From positions 9,776-73,775 of the forward strand of contig CAVKTI010000004.1 in assembly GCA_963659365.1 (NCBI GenBank): a stretch of 64,000 nucleotides of DNA, written 5' to 3'. The DNA is from Acutalibacteraceae bacterium (lineage in GTDB: Bacteria > Bacteroidota > Bacteroidia > Bacteroidales > Paludibacteraceae). Under the pieces are notes generated by a model. That model worked only from the letters and a program-made list of their open reading frames with translations. It ran no database searches and was not told the origin of the DNA. A program made the translations under genes and the position numbers. This document shows, piece after piece, positions 26,733 through 35,613 of this stretch (its first letter is position 1; every line of letters starts with the position of its first letter).

Positions 26733-27650
26733 TTATTTTTTTAGTGGTATAGTCCAACCTATACCAGCCGTTATTTCCATATACTTAAACTCGATAGTGC
26801 TAACACCTGCCATCAGCGAGAAGCCGCGAATATCGGCAATAATGCCCACCTCGCCGCCAAATCCTTTGTAGGCAGTTGGGCCGTAGGTTATCCATTGGCC
26901 ATCGGTGGTTTGCCACAACTGGTAGCGCTGACCGTATGTTGCACCCAAATAGAACGCAATAGTCGAACGGTCATCGCCAACCCAAAATGTCCCGAATATA
27001 TCCCACACCAATCCGAGACTTACCATAAAATGGTTTGTTTTTGTTTTCCCAGAATAGAATGGCAACTCCTCGCCAATGTAGCCATTCGCATCGCAAGCGC
27101 TACCATTCCCCTTAGCCCACTGCCAATCTTTATTAACCCACGAAAAATTGGTGCGCCCACTCAAATACCACCCCAATAATCCAAGATATGTTTGACCGAG
27201 AAACATCCCCCACGAGTGTTGTGGCACAAAACCATATCCGTATTCTGCTAAAAGGAATGTTTTAGTTAAATAATCATAAGCATCGCTTACTACTACCTCG
27301 AAAGATACATTGCTATGAACAAATTCTTCGTTATTTTTCAAAACATGCCAAACCACTCGTTTATTTTTCCCTTTTCTTACAAAACCAATATCGCCTTCTA
27401 CACTATCTGCTCTTAATTCTACAACTTTTGTTACCCAATAATAGCTACATACACCATTATTCCAATACGACTTCTGCATTTTTTCATCGCCATAAATAAC
27501 CTTTATGCTAACATAAGATTTTTCATCAAGGTCATAAGTAATAACAATATCGGTGCCTTCTTGCGTAGCGCGCACATTGGTAGCCTGCCGTGCAAAAGCC
27601 ATCTGCACGCCACACAGCACAAGAAGAAATAAGAAGAAGAGTTTGCGCAT
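26733..27650 (-). CDS. Secreted hypothetical protein (shared N-terminal domain, aromatic/Gly-rich C-terminal half)
   Basis: 305 aa with a signal peptide. The N-terminal ATNVRATQEGTDIVITYDL resembles the 22057-22896 product. The C-terminal half is rich in W/Y/G and may be a membrane beta-structure. Confidence 0.65.
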   Translation of the reverse strand: MRKLFFLFLLVLCGVQMAFARQATNVRATQEGTDIVITYDLDEKSYVSIKVIYGDEKMQKSYWNNGVCSYYWVTKVVELRADSVEGDIGFVRKGKNKRVVWHVLKNNEEFVHSNVSFEVVVSDAYDYLTKTFLLAEYGYGFVPQHSWGMFLGQTYLGLLGWYLSGRTNFSWVNKDWQWAKGNGSACDANGYIGEELPFYSGKTKTNHFMVSLGLVWDIFGTFWVGDDRSTIAFYLGATYGQRYQLWQTTDGQWITYGPTAYKGFGGEVGIIADIRGFSLMAGVSTIEFKYMEITAGIGWTIPLKK

Positions 27651-27663
27651 ATTTCTGTGTAAT

Positions 27664-28557
27664 TTATCTACGAATAGTTATCATTTTTGGTACTACCTGC
27701 ACATTGGTATCGTTACGCCGCAGTTTGCTCTGCCATTGATTAAATGCTTCGAACGAGATAGAGCCATTAGGTGTGGCAGGTTTCGAAAATGGCTCGGTAG
27801 AAAAGACAAAATAGAGATAGTTGGCTTCGTACTCCGAACGGCAAGTCATCACATATTCGTCCACTATATTTCTATCCTCGCCTTTAGGGTCATTGTAGAA
27901 AAAGAGGTACTGCTTGTCTTTCAAAATTTTGTACGAGCCGCTGTTTTGTGCTTGGTAAGGCAGCATACAAACCACATTCTGCTCCGCATCCAACAAAAAG
28001 ATAGCGAGATAGCCCTCCAATGGTGCTGCAAACGAGCAATAGAGGTCGTCGCCCGCACGAAAATCGCTCGATTCTTTGTTGGCATCTACGCCATTGCGCA
28101 AAGTGTGAATATCAAGTGCAATTCTGCTATTTTTTATTTCACGCGCACGGCCACACACATGCGCATGAATAAGGGTTTCGCCTGTATGCTCGTCCATGTA
28201 GAAGCGGAATGTAGGCTCTTCTGTGTCGCCCAACCATTCGCCACGCACAACAGTGTTGCCCAAAGATTGGAAAAAGGTGTCGCTTTCGCCGTTGCGGTCG
28301 CTGATATACATGGTATTAGTTTGCGAGACAAGTGTACCATATACCGCAGATAACGCCTCTATGCGCGCACGCTCGGCTGCAATGTGTTTAGCCTCATCGC
28401 GGCTTACATTTTCTGATACCACATAGGTGTAGTCGCCACAGATCGTTTTGATGGGCGGGGCAGCATACATCGATACACTGAAAAGCAACAGACACCCACA
28501 TACCCACTCAATGAGTATGTGCCGCGACCTCAGATTTTTACTCCTTTTAGCCATCAA
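27664..28557 (-). CDS. DUF4384-like domain protein with an N-terminal anchor/signal
   Basis: 297 aa with a hydrophobic N-terminus. The segment FRAGDDLYCSFAAPLEGYLAIFLLDAEQNVVCMLPY resembles DUF4384, a domain often linked to caspase-domain proteins. Confidence 0.6.
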   Translation of the reverse strand: MMAKRSKNLRSRHILIEWVCGCLLLFSVSMYAAPPIKTICGDYTYVVSENVSRDEAKHIAAERARIEALSAVYGTLVSQTNTMYISDRNGESDTFFQSLGNTVVRGEWLGDTEEPTFRFYMDEHTGETLIHAHVCGRAREIKNSRIALDIHTLRNGVDANKESSDFRAGDDLYCSFAAPLEGYLAIFLLDAEQNVVCMLPYQAQNSGSYKILKDKQYLFFYNDPKGEDRNIVDEYVMTCRSEYEANYLYFVFSTEPFSKPATPNGSISFEAFNQWQSKLRRNDTNVQVVPKMITIRR

Positions 28558-28636
28558 TCTTATTTATTTGTCCCATATAAATAGGGTATCATGTGTTTGG
28601 CAATGGGGCGTTTATCCCCATCACCAAACACAGATG

Positions 28637-29311
28637 TTAGAAACCAAGAACTTGGTCTAGTTGATCGTGCAGGTCGAGTCCCTTGTCCTCAAGGTCTTGA
28701 CGGATAACGCGTTTGGCTGCCTCATGCGCCATCTTTTGGTTGTAGGCAAGGCGGACAAGCACTTCTTTGTTCTTGTTGGACTTGGTGCGATACACTTCCA
28801 TCACAGGTAGCACACGCCCGAGGCTCTGCGAGATAAGGTTCTTGCTGGCACTCACGCTCTCCACAATAGACGCAGCATCATCGGCTGCAAGTTGGCGATT
28901 AGCCACCGTATTCTCTACGAGGGCAGTAACCTCCGTCTGTATCTGACCAGCGAGGTTCTGTTTGGCAAGTTCAAGGGCTTGCATCTTGGCCGCATCGTAA
29001 CTCTCTCCAATACTCATAGCCTCCGCCATGATATAGAGCGGGTAGCCGCTTTCGTCGTACTCGTACTGCATGGTGTAAGACTTCTCCAATTGTTTCTCGA
29101 GCGGCAGTGCGCCAGGTGAAACTTGCCAACCTTCTTTCTTGAGTTTCTTGGCTTCCTTCTTGGTGGCGCGGCTGACTTTGGCATTGAGTTCTTTCTTGCT
29201 TTGTTTCACAACCTCTTTGCGCTCCTTGTTTAACTCTTTCTGCGACTGCGCAGACATGGTGCTTGGCACTGCCATTGTGAGCACCAATGCAAATAACATG
29301 ATTTTGTTCAT
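28637..29311 (-). CDS. Secreted LPP20-like / hypothetical protein
   Basis: 224 aa with a signal peptide (PSTMSAQS), a Lys-rich helix and an LPP20-like core (IMAEAMSIGESYDAAKMQALELAKQNLAGQI). The family call is tentative. Confidence 0.6.
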   Translation of the reverse strand: MNKIMLFALVLTMAVPSTMSAQSQKELNKERKEVVKQSKKELNAKVSRATKKEAKKLKKEGWQVSPGALPLEKQLEKSYTMQYEYDESGYPLYIMAEAMSIGESYDAAKMQALELAKQNLAGQIQTEVTALVENTVANRQLAADDAASIVESVSASKNLISQSLGRVLPVMEVYRTKSNKNKEVLVRLAYNQKMAHEAAKRVIRQDLEDKGLDLHDQLDQVLGF

Positions 29312-29754
29312 TTGTTTTTGTTTTTTTGCCCGCCAGCCTCCCTAAACAAGCGTCGTTACAAAAAAAATTGGTTGAAAACAACACACAAAAAAAGCGTGGG
29401 AGTCTGTGCCAGTTGCTCGTCCCACGATTCAAGGCCTTCACATTGCCCAAGCAGTAAGTCGAACAACGCAGAAGTCCACGCCCTGCGTCACGCTCCTTGT
29501 GGAACGCAACACATCGTAGCCATCTACTGTTGCTTCGTTTCTACCGCTTTTCAAAAAGTTGTGAAGTTCTGAATCGTCGAAACAGAGCGTCAAGTAAACG
29601 CTTTTTATGTATGTCTGTCGCCCACCCACTCGCCCTTGCGGACTTCTGCCAATGGGAAACGCTGCAAATATACGATTATTTTTCTGATTGCCAAAATGCA
29701 GAATCTGCCACCAAGCAAAAATGCGATGGCGGAATGTGTAAGTGGCTCAATTAT

Positions 29755-29944
29755 TTCATTATTTGAAGATTTGAAGATTGAGGTATTTTTGACTGCGTGG
29801 CTTTCCCCCCTTCGGGGGAAACGGGAAAGGGGGCTATGGCCAAGACGAAAACTTGGGCGGTGAACCTGCTGAACTGCAAATAACCCAATCAACAAAAAAA
29901 AGGACGCACCAAGTGCGTCCCTACTGTCATACTTTCTCGCTCAC
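29755..29944. repeat. Composite intergenic repeat cluster
   Basis: Contains (TGAAGAT)2, the small hairpin tttccccccttcgggggaaa and the hairpin GGACGCACcaaGTGCGTCCctac. Confidence 0.75.
29893..29920 (-). terminator. Rho-independent terminator of nadE, built from a repeat-family hairpin
   Basis: On the - strand, GGACGCAC-ttg-GTGCGTCC is followed by TTTTTTTTTG. It lies 25 nt after the nadE stop. Confidence 0.75.
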
Positions 29945-31867
29945 TTACTCCAAGCCATCGACGGCATCGAGCCATAGTTGCGACGAGGCATCGCTGGGCA
30001 TGCGCCAATCGCCGCGTGGCGAGAGGTTTACGCTGCCTACTTTCGGGCCGTCGGGCATACACGAGCGTTTGAATTGCTGCGCAAAAAAGCGTTTTGCAAA
30101 AATCCGCAACCACTTTTTGATGGTCGCTGCATCGAATTTTTCCGTAAAAGCCGTCTGTGCCAACGCATAGATTTTGTCGGGCGCAAAACCGTGGCGCAAC
30201 ATATAGTAAAGGTAGAAATCGTGCAGTTCGTAAGGACCAACCAAATCTTCGGTTTTCTGCGCAATATCGCCTTTTTCGTCGGCGGGCAGCAGTTCGGGAC
30301 TCACGGGTGTGTCGATAATGTCGAGCAGATTTTTGCGTGCCGATTGTGCAAAAGCGCAGTCGGCGGCGTAGCGCACCAAATGGCGCACCAGCGTTTTGGG
30401 AATGCTGGCGTTCACGGCATACATGCTCATGTGGTCGCCGTTGTAGGTCGCCCAGCCGAGCGCAAGTTCTGACAGGTCGCCCGTGCCAACCACCAGTCCG
30501 CCGCACTGATTGGCAACATCCATCAAAATCTGCGTGCGTTCGCGGGCTTGCGTGTTTTCGTAAGTGGTGTCGTGCTGCCGCTGGTCGTGGCCGATGTCGG
30601 CAAAGTGCTGCAAACAGGCCTTTTCGATGCTGATTTCGCGCAGTGTTGCGCCAAGACTTTCAACAAGTTCGGTAGCGTTTTTGTAGGTGCGATTGGTCGT
30701 GCCAAAACCGGGCATGGTTACCGCCACAATGTTTTTGCGCGGCAAACCGAGTTTGTCGCAGGTGCGTGCGCACACGAGCAGTGCCAAGGTCGAATCCAAA
30801 CCGCCCGAAATGCCGAGTACAAGCGATTTTATGCCTGTGGCGTGCAAGCGCGTAGCAAGTGCGTGGGTCTGTATGTCGAGAATCTCTTCGCAAGTAGCCG
30901 TCAAATTGTCGCCTTTTGGCACAAACGGCGTGGCATCGATGTGGCGCGTGAGTGCGAGCGGCTTTTCGGGCAGGTCGAACCGACTGAAAATGGGCGTTGG
31001 TGTGGCTGCCAAATTGCGCGAAAAAGCACTCTTTTTGCGGCGGTCGTGGCGCAGGCGCTCAACATCTATTTCGCTCACAATCAGTTGCTTATCGAGCAAA
31101 AAGCGTGCGCTTTCAGCCAACAGTGCGCCATCTTCGGCAATGATGCCGTTGCCCGCAAAGACCAAATCGGTGCTCGACTCGCCAAAACCAGCCGACGCAT
31201 AGACATAGCCCGCCATACAGCGCGCCGACTGCTGCCGAATCAAGCTTTTCAAGTAGGCGTTTTTGCCGATAAGTTCGTTCGAAGCCGAAAGGTTGAAAAT
31301 GATTTCTGCGCCCGACAAGGCGTGTGCGCTGCTCGGCGGAATCGGCGTCCATAGGTCTTCGCACAGTTCGATGGCAAAGGTGGCATCGCTCGATTGGAAC
31401 AGGATATTCGCCCCGAAAGGCACGGTTTGTCCGCAGCAGACAACGGTTTCGGCAGTGGCATCGGCTGCCGAGGCGAACCAGCGCGCTTCGTAAAATTCGT
31501 TGTAATTGGGCAGATAGGTCTTCGGCACAATGCCCAAAATGCGTCCTTGATGAAACGCGGCGGCGCAGTTGAATGTGCGGTTTTGCGTGCTTATCGGCAG
31601 CCCGACAATGCCCACGATGTCCATCGTTTTCGTTTCGTGCAGCAGCCACGCCAAACTCTGCTCGGCTTCGTGCAGCAGCAGGGCATTGCCAAACAGGTCG
31701 GCGCAGGTGTAAGCGGTCAGTCCCAGTTCGGGAAAAACGACTATCTGCACGCCAGCGGCTTCGGCTTGGCGGAGCAAATCGAGCGTCTGTTGCGCGTTGA
31801 AGCGGCAATCGGCCACTTTTACCGACGGAATGGCGGCAGCCACCTTGATGAATCCGAAATTTTTCAT
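29945..31867 (-). CDS. nadE: Glutamine-dependent NAD+ synthetase
   Basis: 640 aa with an N-terminal CN-hydrolase domain and a C-terminal PP-loop (LGISGGLDST). Confidence 0.9.
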   Translation of the reverse strand: MKNFGFIKVAAAIPSVKVADCRFNAQQTLDLLRQAEAAGVQIVVFPELGLTAYTCADLFGNALLLHEAEQSLAWLLHETKTMDIVGIVGLPISTQNRTFNCAAAFHQGRILGIVPKTYLPNYNEFYEARWFASAADATAETVVCCGQTVPFGANILFQSSDATFAIELCEDLWTPIPPSSAHALSGAEIIFNLSASNELIGKNAYLKSLIRQQSARCMAGYVYASAGFGESSTDLVFAGNGIIAEDGALLAESARFLLDKQLIVSEIDVERLRHDRRKKSAFSRNLAATPTPIFSRFDLPEKPLALTRHIDATPFVPKGDNLTATCEEILDIQTHALATRLHATGIKSLVLGISGGLDSTLALLVCARTCDKLGLPRKNIVAVTMPGFGTTNRTYKNATELVESLGATLREISIEKACLQHFADIGHDQRQHDTTYENTQARERTQILMDVANQCGGLVVGTGDLSELALGWATYNGDHMSMYAVNASIPKTLVRHLVRYAADCAFAQSARKNLLDIIDTPVSPELLPADEKGDIAQKTEDLVGPYELHDFYLYYMLRHGFAPDKIYALAQTAFTEKFDAATIKKWLRIFAKRFFAQQFKRSCMPDGPKVGSVNLSPRGDWRMPSDASSQLWLDAVDGLE

Positions 31868-31889
31868 GATTTCTGAAATAAAAATGCGC

Positions 31890-32513
31890 CTAAATCAGTG
31901 CTTTGATGCAGACAATCACGCCGAAAAGTACCAATATCGCCCCTGTGATTTTGTTCAAAATCCACAGACCGCGCACATTGAACCGACTGCGTAACTTGCT
32001 GACAATGAGCGTGAGTGTGAGCCACCAACTGAATGCGCCAATCAAAATCGACAGCATTCCAATGGCGTTTTCGTACCATGTTTGCCCCGATTCGAAAAAG
32101 TTGAACTGCGCAAAAAGTCCGATGAAAATGAAGATAATCAGCGGATTGCTAAAACAGAGCCCAAACGCCGAAAGGTAGTCGCTGATGTAGTCGCTTTTCG
32201 ACGATTTTTTGACCGACGAGAGTTGCGCCGATGGGTTGCTCAAAAAGACATGAACGCCAAAAAATACCACAATGACACTGCCCGCAATCTGAATCCAAAA
32301 TTGGTGCGCATCGATAAAATCGGTGATGAAACTCATGCTGAACCCAACGATGGCGGCATAAATCAGGTCGGAGGTGGACGCGCCCAAACCAGTTATCACA
32401 CCGTGCCAACGCCCACGATTGAGCGTGCGCTGTATGGTGAGAATGCCGAGCGGCCCCACGGGCACCGATGTGAATAGCCCGATGACTATGCCGATGAGTA
32501 TGGTATTGAGCAT
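31890..32513 (-). CDS. LysE/RhtB-family amino-acid exporter
   Basis: 207 aa with 5-6 TM segments. The N-terminal motif PVGPLGILTIQRTL is typical of the LysE family. Confidence 0.8.
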   Translation of the reverse strand: MLNTILIGIVIGLFTSVPVGPLGILTIQRTLNRGRWHGVITGLGASTSDLIYAAIVGFSMSFITDFIDAHQFWIQIAGSVIVVFFGVHVFLSNPSAQLSSVKKSSKSDYISDYLSAFGLCFSNPLIIFIFIGLFAQFNFFESGQTWYENAIGMLSILIGAFSWWLTLTLIVSKLRSRFNVRGLWILNKITGAILVLFGVIVCIKALI

Positions 32514-32528
32514 CGCTGTGCCTGATAT

Positions 32529-33440
32529 TTACTTTTTCATTCGTGTTACCAGTTCCACAATTTCGCGCTCGTCGTTGGGGTGAAACCAGTGTATCTCCTT
32601 GTCGCGCCCGAACCACGACAACTGTTTTTTGGCGTAGCGGCGCGTGTTTTGCTGAATCATACCGATGGCGTGGTCGCGTGTCCAAGTGCCATCGAAATAG
32701 TTGAACAACTCCTTGTAACCCACCGTGTTGAGCGCATTCAACGCACGGTGTGGGTACAATGCTCGCGCCTCTTGTTCCAGTCCATCGTCCATCATCTGCA
32801 GCACACGCTTGTTGATGCGGTCGTAGAGTTCGGCGCGTGGGCGGTTCAACCCTATTTTTATGATGTCGAACGCGCGCTGTTTCGTCTGATTGGTGCGCAA
32901 GTCCGAGAATTTTTTGCCCGTCATCTGCATCACTTCCAAGGCGTGGAGCATGCGTTTGGCGTTTTTCAAATCGACTTCGGCGTAATGCGCTGGGTCGAGC
33001 AGCCGCAGTTTGCGCCGCACGCCTTCGATGCCGTTTTGGGCGTAAAAGTCGGCCACTTCGCGGCGCGTTTCAGCATCAATGGTCGGCAGGTCGTCGATGC
33101 CGCGGCACACAGCGTCGGCGTAGAGCATCGAACCGCCAGTCATCAGCGCATTGCCCGAGCGTGCTATCTCCGCTTCGATAATCGGAATGGCGTCCAACTC
33201 GAACTGACCTGCGCTATACGGCTCGAACACAGAGCGGCTGCCTACGAAAAAGTGCTGCACTTGGCGCAGTTGCGCTTCGGTGGGGGCTGCCGTGCCGATT
33301 TTCATCTCGCGAAACATCTGCCGCGAGTCGCACGAAACGATGGCACAGCCCAACAATCGCGCCAGCGTTAGGCTGATGTCGGTTTTGCCCACGCCCGTCG
33401 GCCCGACCACGACAAACAGTTTTCCGCGCGCGTCAGCCAA
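32529..33440 (-). CDS. miaA: tRNA dimethylallyltransferase
   Basis: 303 aa with P-loop GPTGVGKT and the motif SCDSRQMFREMKIGTAAPT. Confidence 0.9.
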   Translation of the reverse strand: MADARGKLFVVVGPTGVGKTDISLTLARLLGCAIVSCDSRQMFREMKIGTAAPTEAQLRQVQHFFVGSRSVFEPYSAGQFELDAIPIIEAEIARSGNALMTGGSMLYADAVCRGIDDLPTIDAETRREVADFYAQNGIEGVRRKLRLLDPAHYAEVDLKNAKRMLHALEVMQMTGKKFSDLRTNQTKQRAFDIIKIGLNRPRAELYDRINKRVLQMMDDGLEQEARALYPHRALNALNTVGYKELFNYFDGTWTRDHAIGMIQQNTRRYAKKQLSWFGRDKEIHWFHPNDEREIVELVTRMKK

Positions 33441-33442
33441 GT

Positions 33443-33988
33443 TTAGTACAGTTCGTTACCGTTCTCGTCGAACGACATATCGCCAAAGCCCTCTTCGTCG
33501 ATTTCGTCGGGGTCGTATTCGTCGCCGCCATAGAAATCGGTGTCGAAATCCACCTTCTGTTTCTCGGCAAAAGCGTCGATGTCCATCATCTGCACGGGCG
33601 CATTGCCTTTGCTGCGTGTGCATACAGGTTTGTCGAGACTTTTGCCCGGCGTGGCGGCTTTTAGTTCGATGAAAAAGGCGCGTTCGGTCATGTTGTCGAA
33701 CACATAGAGCAGGCGTTGCCCCACATCTTCCACAAACTCGTCGAGACGCGTGTCGGCCATCAGATAGGTGTCGGTTTCGGAGTCTGCGCCCATGTCGATG
33801 AGCGTGATTTCCTGCTCTTTTTCCCAGTTGTCGCTACAGATAAAAAACGAGGTAATCTGCTTTTTGTCGTAGCCCGCCGACTCTTGAATCGCTTCGTGGA
33901 ATTGCAGAAAAGTGGCTTCGGAATCGATTTCGATTTCGCGCTGGAAGTTGTCCACTTCGTCCGACAGAATCAAAAATTTATAAACCAT
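33443..33988 (-). CDS. Conserved hypothetical protein, pRiA4b-ORF3/MM3350-like N-terminal domain with an acidic tail
   Basis: 181 aa. The N-terminal pattern is YKFLILSDEVDNFQREIEIDSEATFLQFHEAIQ and the C-terminus is D/E-rich. The family call is tentative. Confidence 0.6.
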   Translation of the reverse strand: MVYKFLILSDEVDNFQREIEIDSEATFLQFHEAIQESAGYDKKQITSFFICSDNWEKEQEITLIDMGADSETDTYLMADTRLDEFVEDVGQRLLYVFDNMTERAFFIELKAATPGKSLDKPVCTRSKGNAPVQMMDIDAFAEKQKVDFDTDFYGGDEYDPDEIDEEGFGDMSFDENGNELY

Positions 33989-34013
33989 AAAAATTGCGTT
34001 TGTTTATAAACAA

Positions 34014-34021
34014 CAAAGATA
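34014..34021 (-). promoter_or_regulatory. Candidate -7 box (TATCTTTG)
   Basis: caaagata on the + strand, 26 nt upstream of the ATG at 33988. Confidence 0.45.
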
Positions 34022-34061
34022 CAACATTTTTTTGTTAGAAGCCAAAAGTAGTGTTTTTTTC

Positions 34062-34094
34062 GCAGAAAAAAGACCCCGCATGCGGAGTCTTTTC
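34062..34094 (-). terminator. Rho-independent (potentially bidirectional) terminator
   Basis: AAAAGAC-CCCGCATGCGG-AGTCTTTT. On the - strand the hairpin is followed by TTTTTTCTG. It lies 29 nt after the DUF3078 gene stop. Confidence 0.75.
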
Positions 34095-34122
34095 GCTTTG
34101 TTGCTGATTTTCAGACTGTTCG

Positions 34123-35112
34123 TTAGAAACTGTAGCCGATACCAAGTCCGATATTGCCTTTGAACTGCACGCGCTCAACGGGATTTTCGCCGTTTTTGTC
34201 GGCTATCATCACGCCGTTGTAGTATTTGAGCGAGGTGCTGAGCGTTACATTCAGCACTTTCAGGAATTGGTACGAGATAGCAAAGTCCCAATCGACATCG
34301 AAATTGCCAAAACGGCGGTGATTGGCTTTGTCCGACGGCCATTTGTAGGGGGTAAACACGCCCACGGTCGAGATGATTTTCAGATTTTCGATGCGCGCAT
34401 AGTTCACACCTGCTTTTGCCGAAAGACCGAGTTCGGCCAGCACTTTTTTGTTTTGGTCGATGCCGTATTTTGTGCGGAAATCGAAGTACTGTTTTGCGCC
34501 ATCAGCATCGGTGTAGCCCAAACTATCGACGGTGCAAGTCGAGATGCGGCCTGCTACAGGCGACACATACACCGAGAAAATCTCGTTAGGTTTCCAGTCG
34601 ATACCGAGCGAAACATCGGTGTACGAAGGCGAGAGCCAACTCGAAATCGGCTTTTTGTAGTTGTCGCCATATTCGTAGCCTTTGGCATACTGCGATTTGA
34701 AGCCAGCCAGCGCGGTGAGATACCATGTTTTGTGGAACTCCCAGCCAAATTTTGTGGTGAAATTGATTTTGTCGTTCGATTTGCGCCACGGCTCGAAAGT
34801 GTTTTGCTGGTAGGTCATACCAAATTCGGTGTCGAGGTTGCTCTCCCACGCAATGGCGTTCTTTTTGTAGAGCAGCGTTACATTGGCGGCCGCCACGGTG
34901 GTTACATTGTTGTTGCCGCCCGCAGCCCAGTTCCAGAGGCCAGTGGCGCTAGCGTTGAGCGAGAGAATGCCTGTGCATTTCCAGTTTTTCTCTGCAACAG
35001 GTGCGGCAGCCGCTTCGGTGGCTTCGGCTGCTGTTTCGGTTGGTTCGTCGGCAAAAATTGGCGCACAGCAGAGTACCGCCAAAGCCGCTAAAAGTAGTTT
35101 TTTTGTTTGCAT
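34123..35112 (-). CDS. DUF3078-domain outer-membrane protein
   Basis: 329 aa counted from MQTKKLLLAALAVLCCAPIFA (signal peptide). The motif LSLNASATGLWNWAAGGNNNV is typical of DUF3078, and the protein ends in YSF. The longer ORF-track start at 35151 lies inside the promoter box. Confidence 0.8.
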   Translation of the reverse strand: MQTKKLLLAALAVLCCAPIFADEPTETAAEATEAAAAPVAEKNWKCTGILSLNASATGLWNWAAGGNNNVTTVAAANVTLLYKKNAIAWESNLDTEFGMTYQQNTFEPWRKSNDKINFTTKFGWEFHKTWYLTALAGFKSQYAKGYEYGDNYKKPISSWLSPSYTDVSLGIDWKPNEIFSVYVSPVAGRISTCTVDSLGYTDADGAKQYFDFRTKYGIDQNKKVLAELGLSAKAGVNYARIENLKIISTVGVFTPYKWPSDKANHRRFGNFDVDWDFAISYQFLKVLNVTLSTSLKYYNGVMIADKNGENPVERVQFKGNIGLGIGYSF

Positions 35113-35148
35113 AACGATATGTTTTGTTAGTATTCGCAGAAATCGCCG

Positions 35149-35156
35149 CAAAATTA
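35149..35156 (-). promoter_or_regulatory. Candidate -7 box (TAATTTTG)
   Basis: caaaatta on the + strand, 37 nt upstream of the ATG at 35112. Confidence 0.45.
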
Positions 35157-35164
35157 CAAAAAAA

Positions 35165-35613
35165 ACTTAACTTACTGAAATCGTGCTGCGCATTTCGGAT
35201 TGGGTTGATCAGTTGACGAGTTGATAAGTCGTTGAAAAGTTGATGAGTTGATGAGTTAATCAGTTGATTAGTTTAACGCATTGGTGATGGTTTCTGTTGA
35301 ATCGTTTAATCGTTGAACTGTTTATTTGTGGATTTGGTTATTTGGCTTTCCAACCCCTCCGCTTCGCTCGTCCCCTTGTAAAGGGGATAGGTTCGCGTTG
35401 GTTTAGTTCGTTAAATGTGTTTTTTGCACTGCTGCTGTTTTTTCTGCCCTCTCCCCTTTTCAAGGGGAGTACCTGCGGAAGCAGGGGAGGGGTTTTATCC
35501 CAATTTTGAATTTAGAATTATGAATTATTCGCGCTCAAAAACGCCGCAATCTTCAAATTTTCAAATCGGCAAACTAGAAACCAGAAATTACTTTTCACAC
35601 TTTCGCACTAATC
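35165..35613. repeat. Composite intergenic repeat cluster
   Basis: Contains (GTTGATGA)n-type arrays, ttgaatcgtttaatcgttgaac, the three-hairpin GC core in reverse orientation at 35351-35526 (ending aatttagaattatgaatt), caatcttcaaattttcaaat, aaaccagaaatt and tttcacactttcgcact. Confidence 0.9.
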
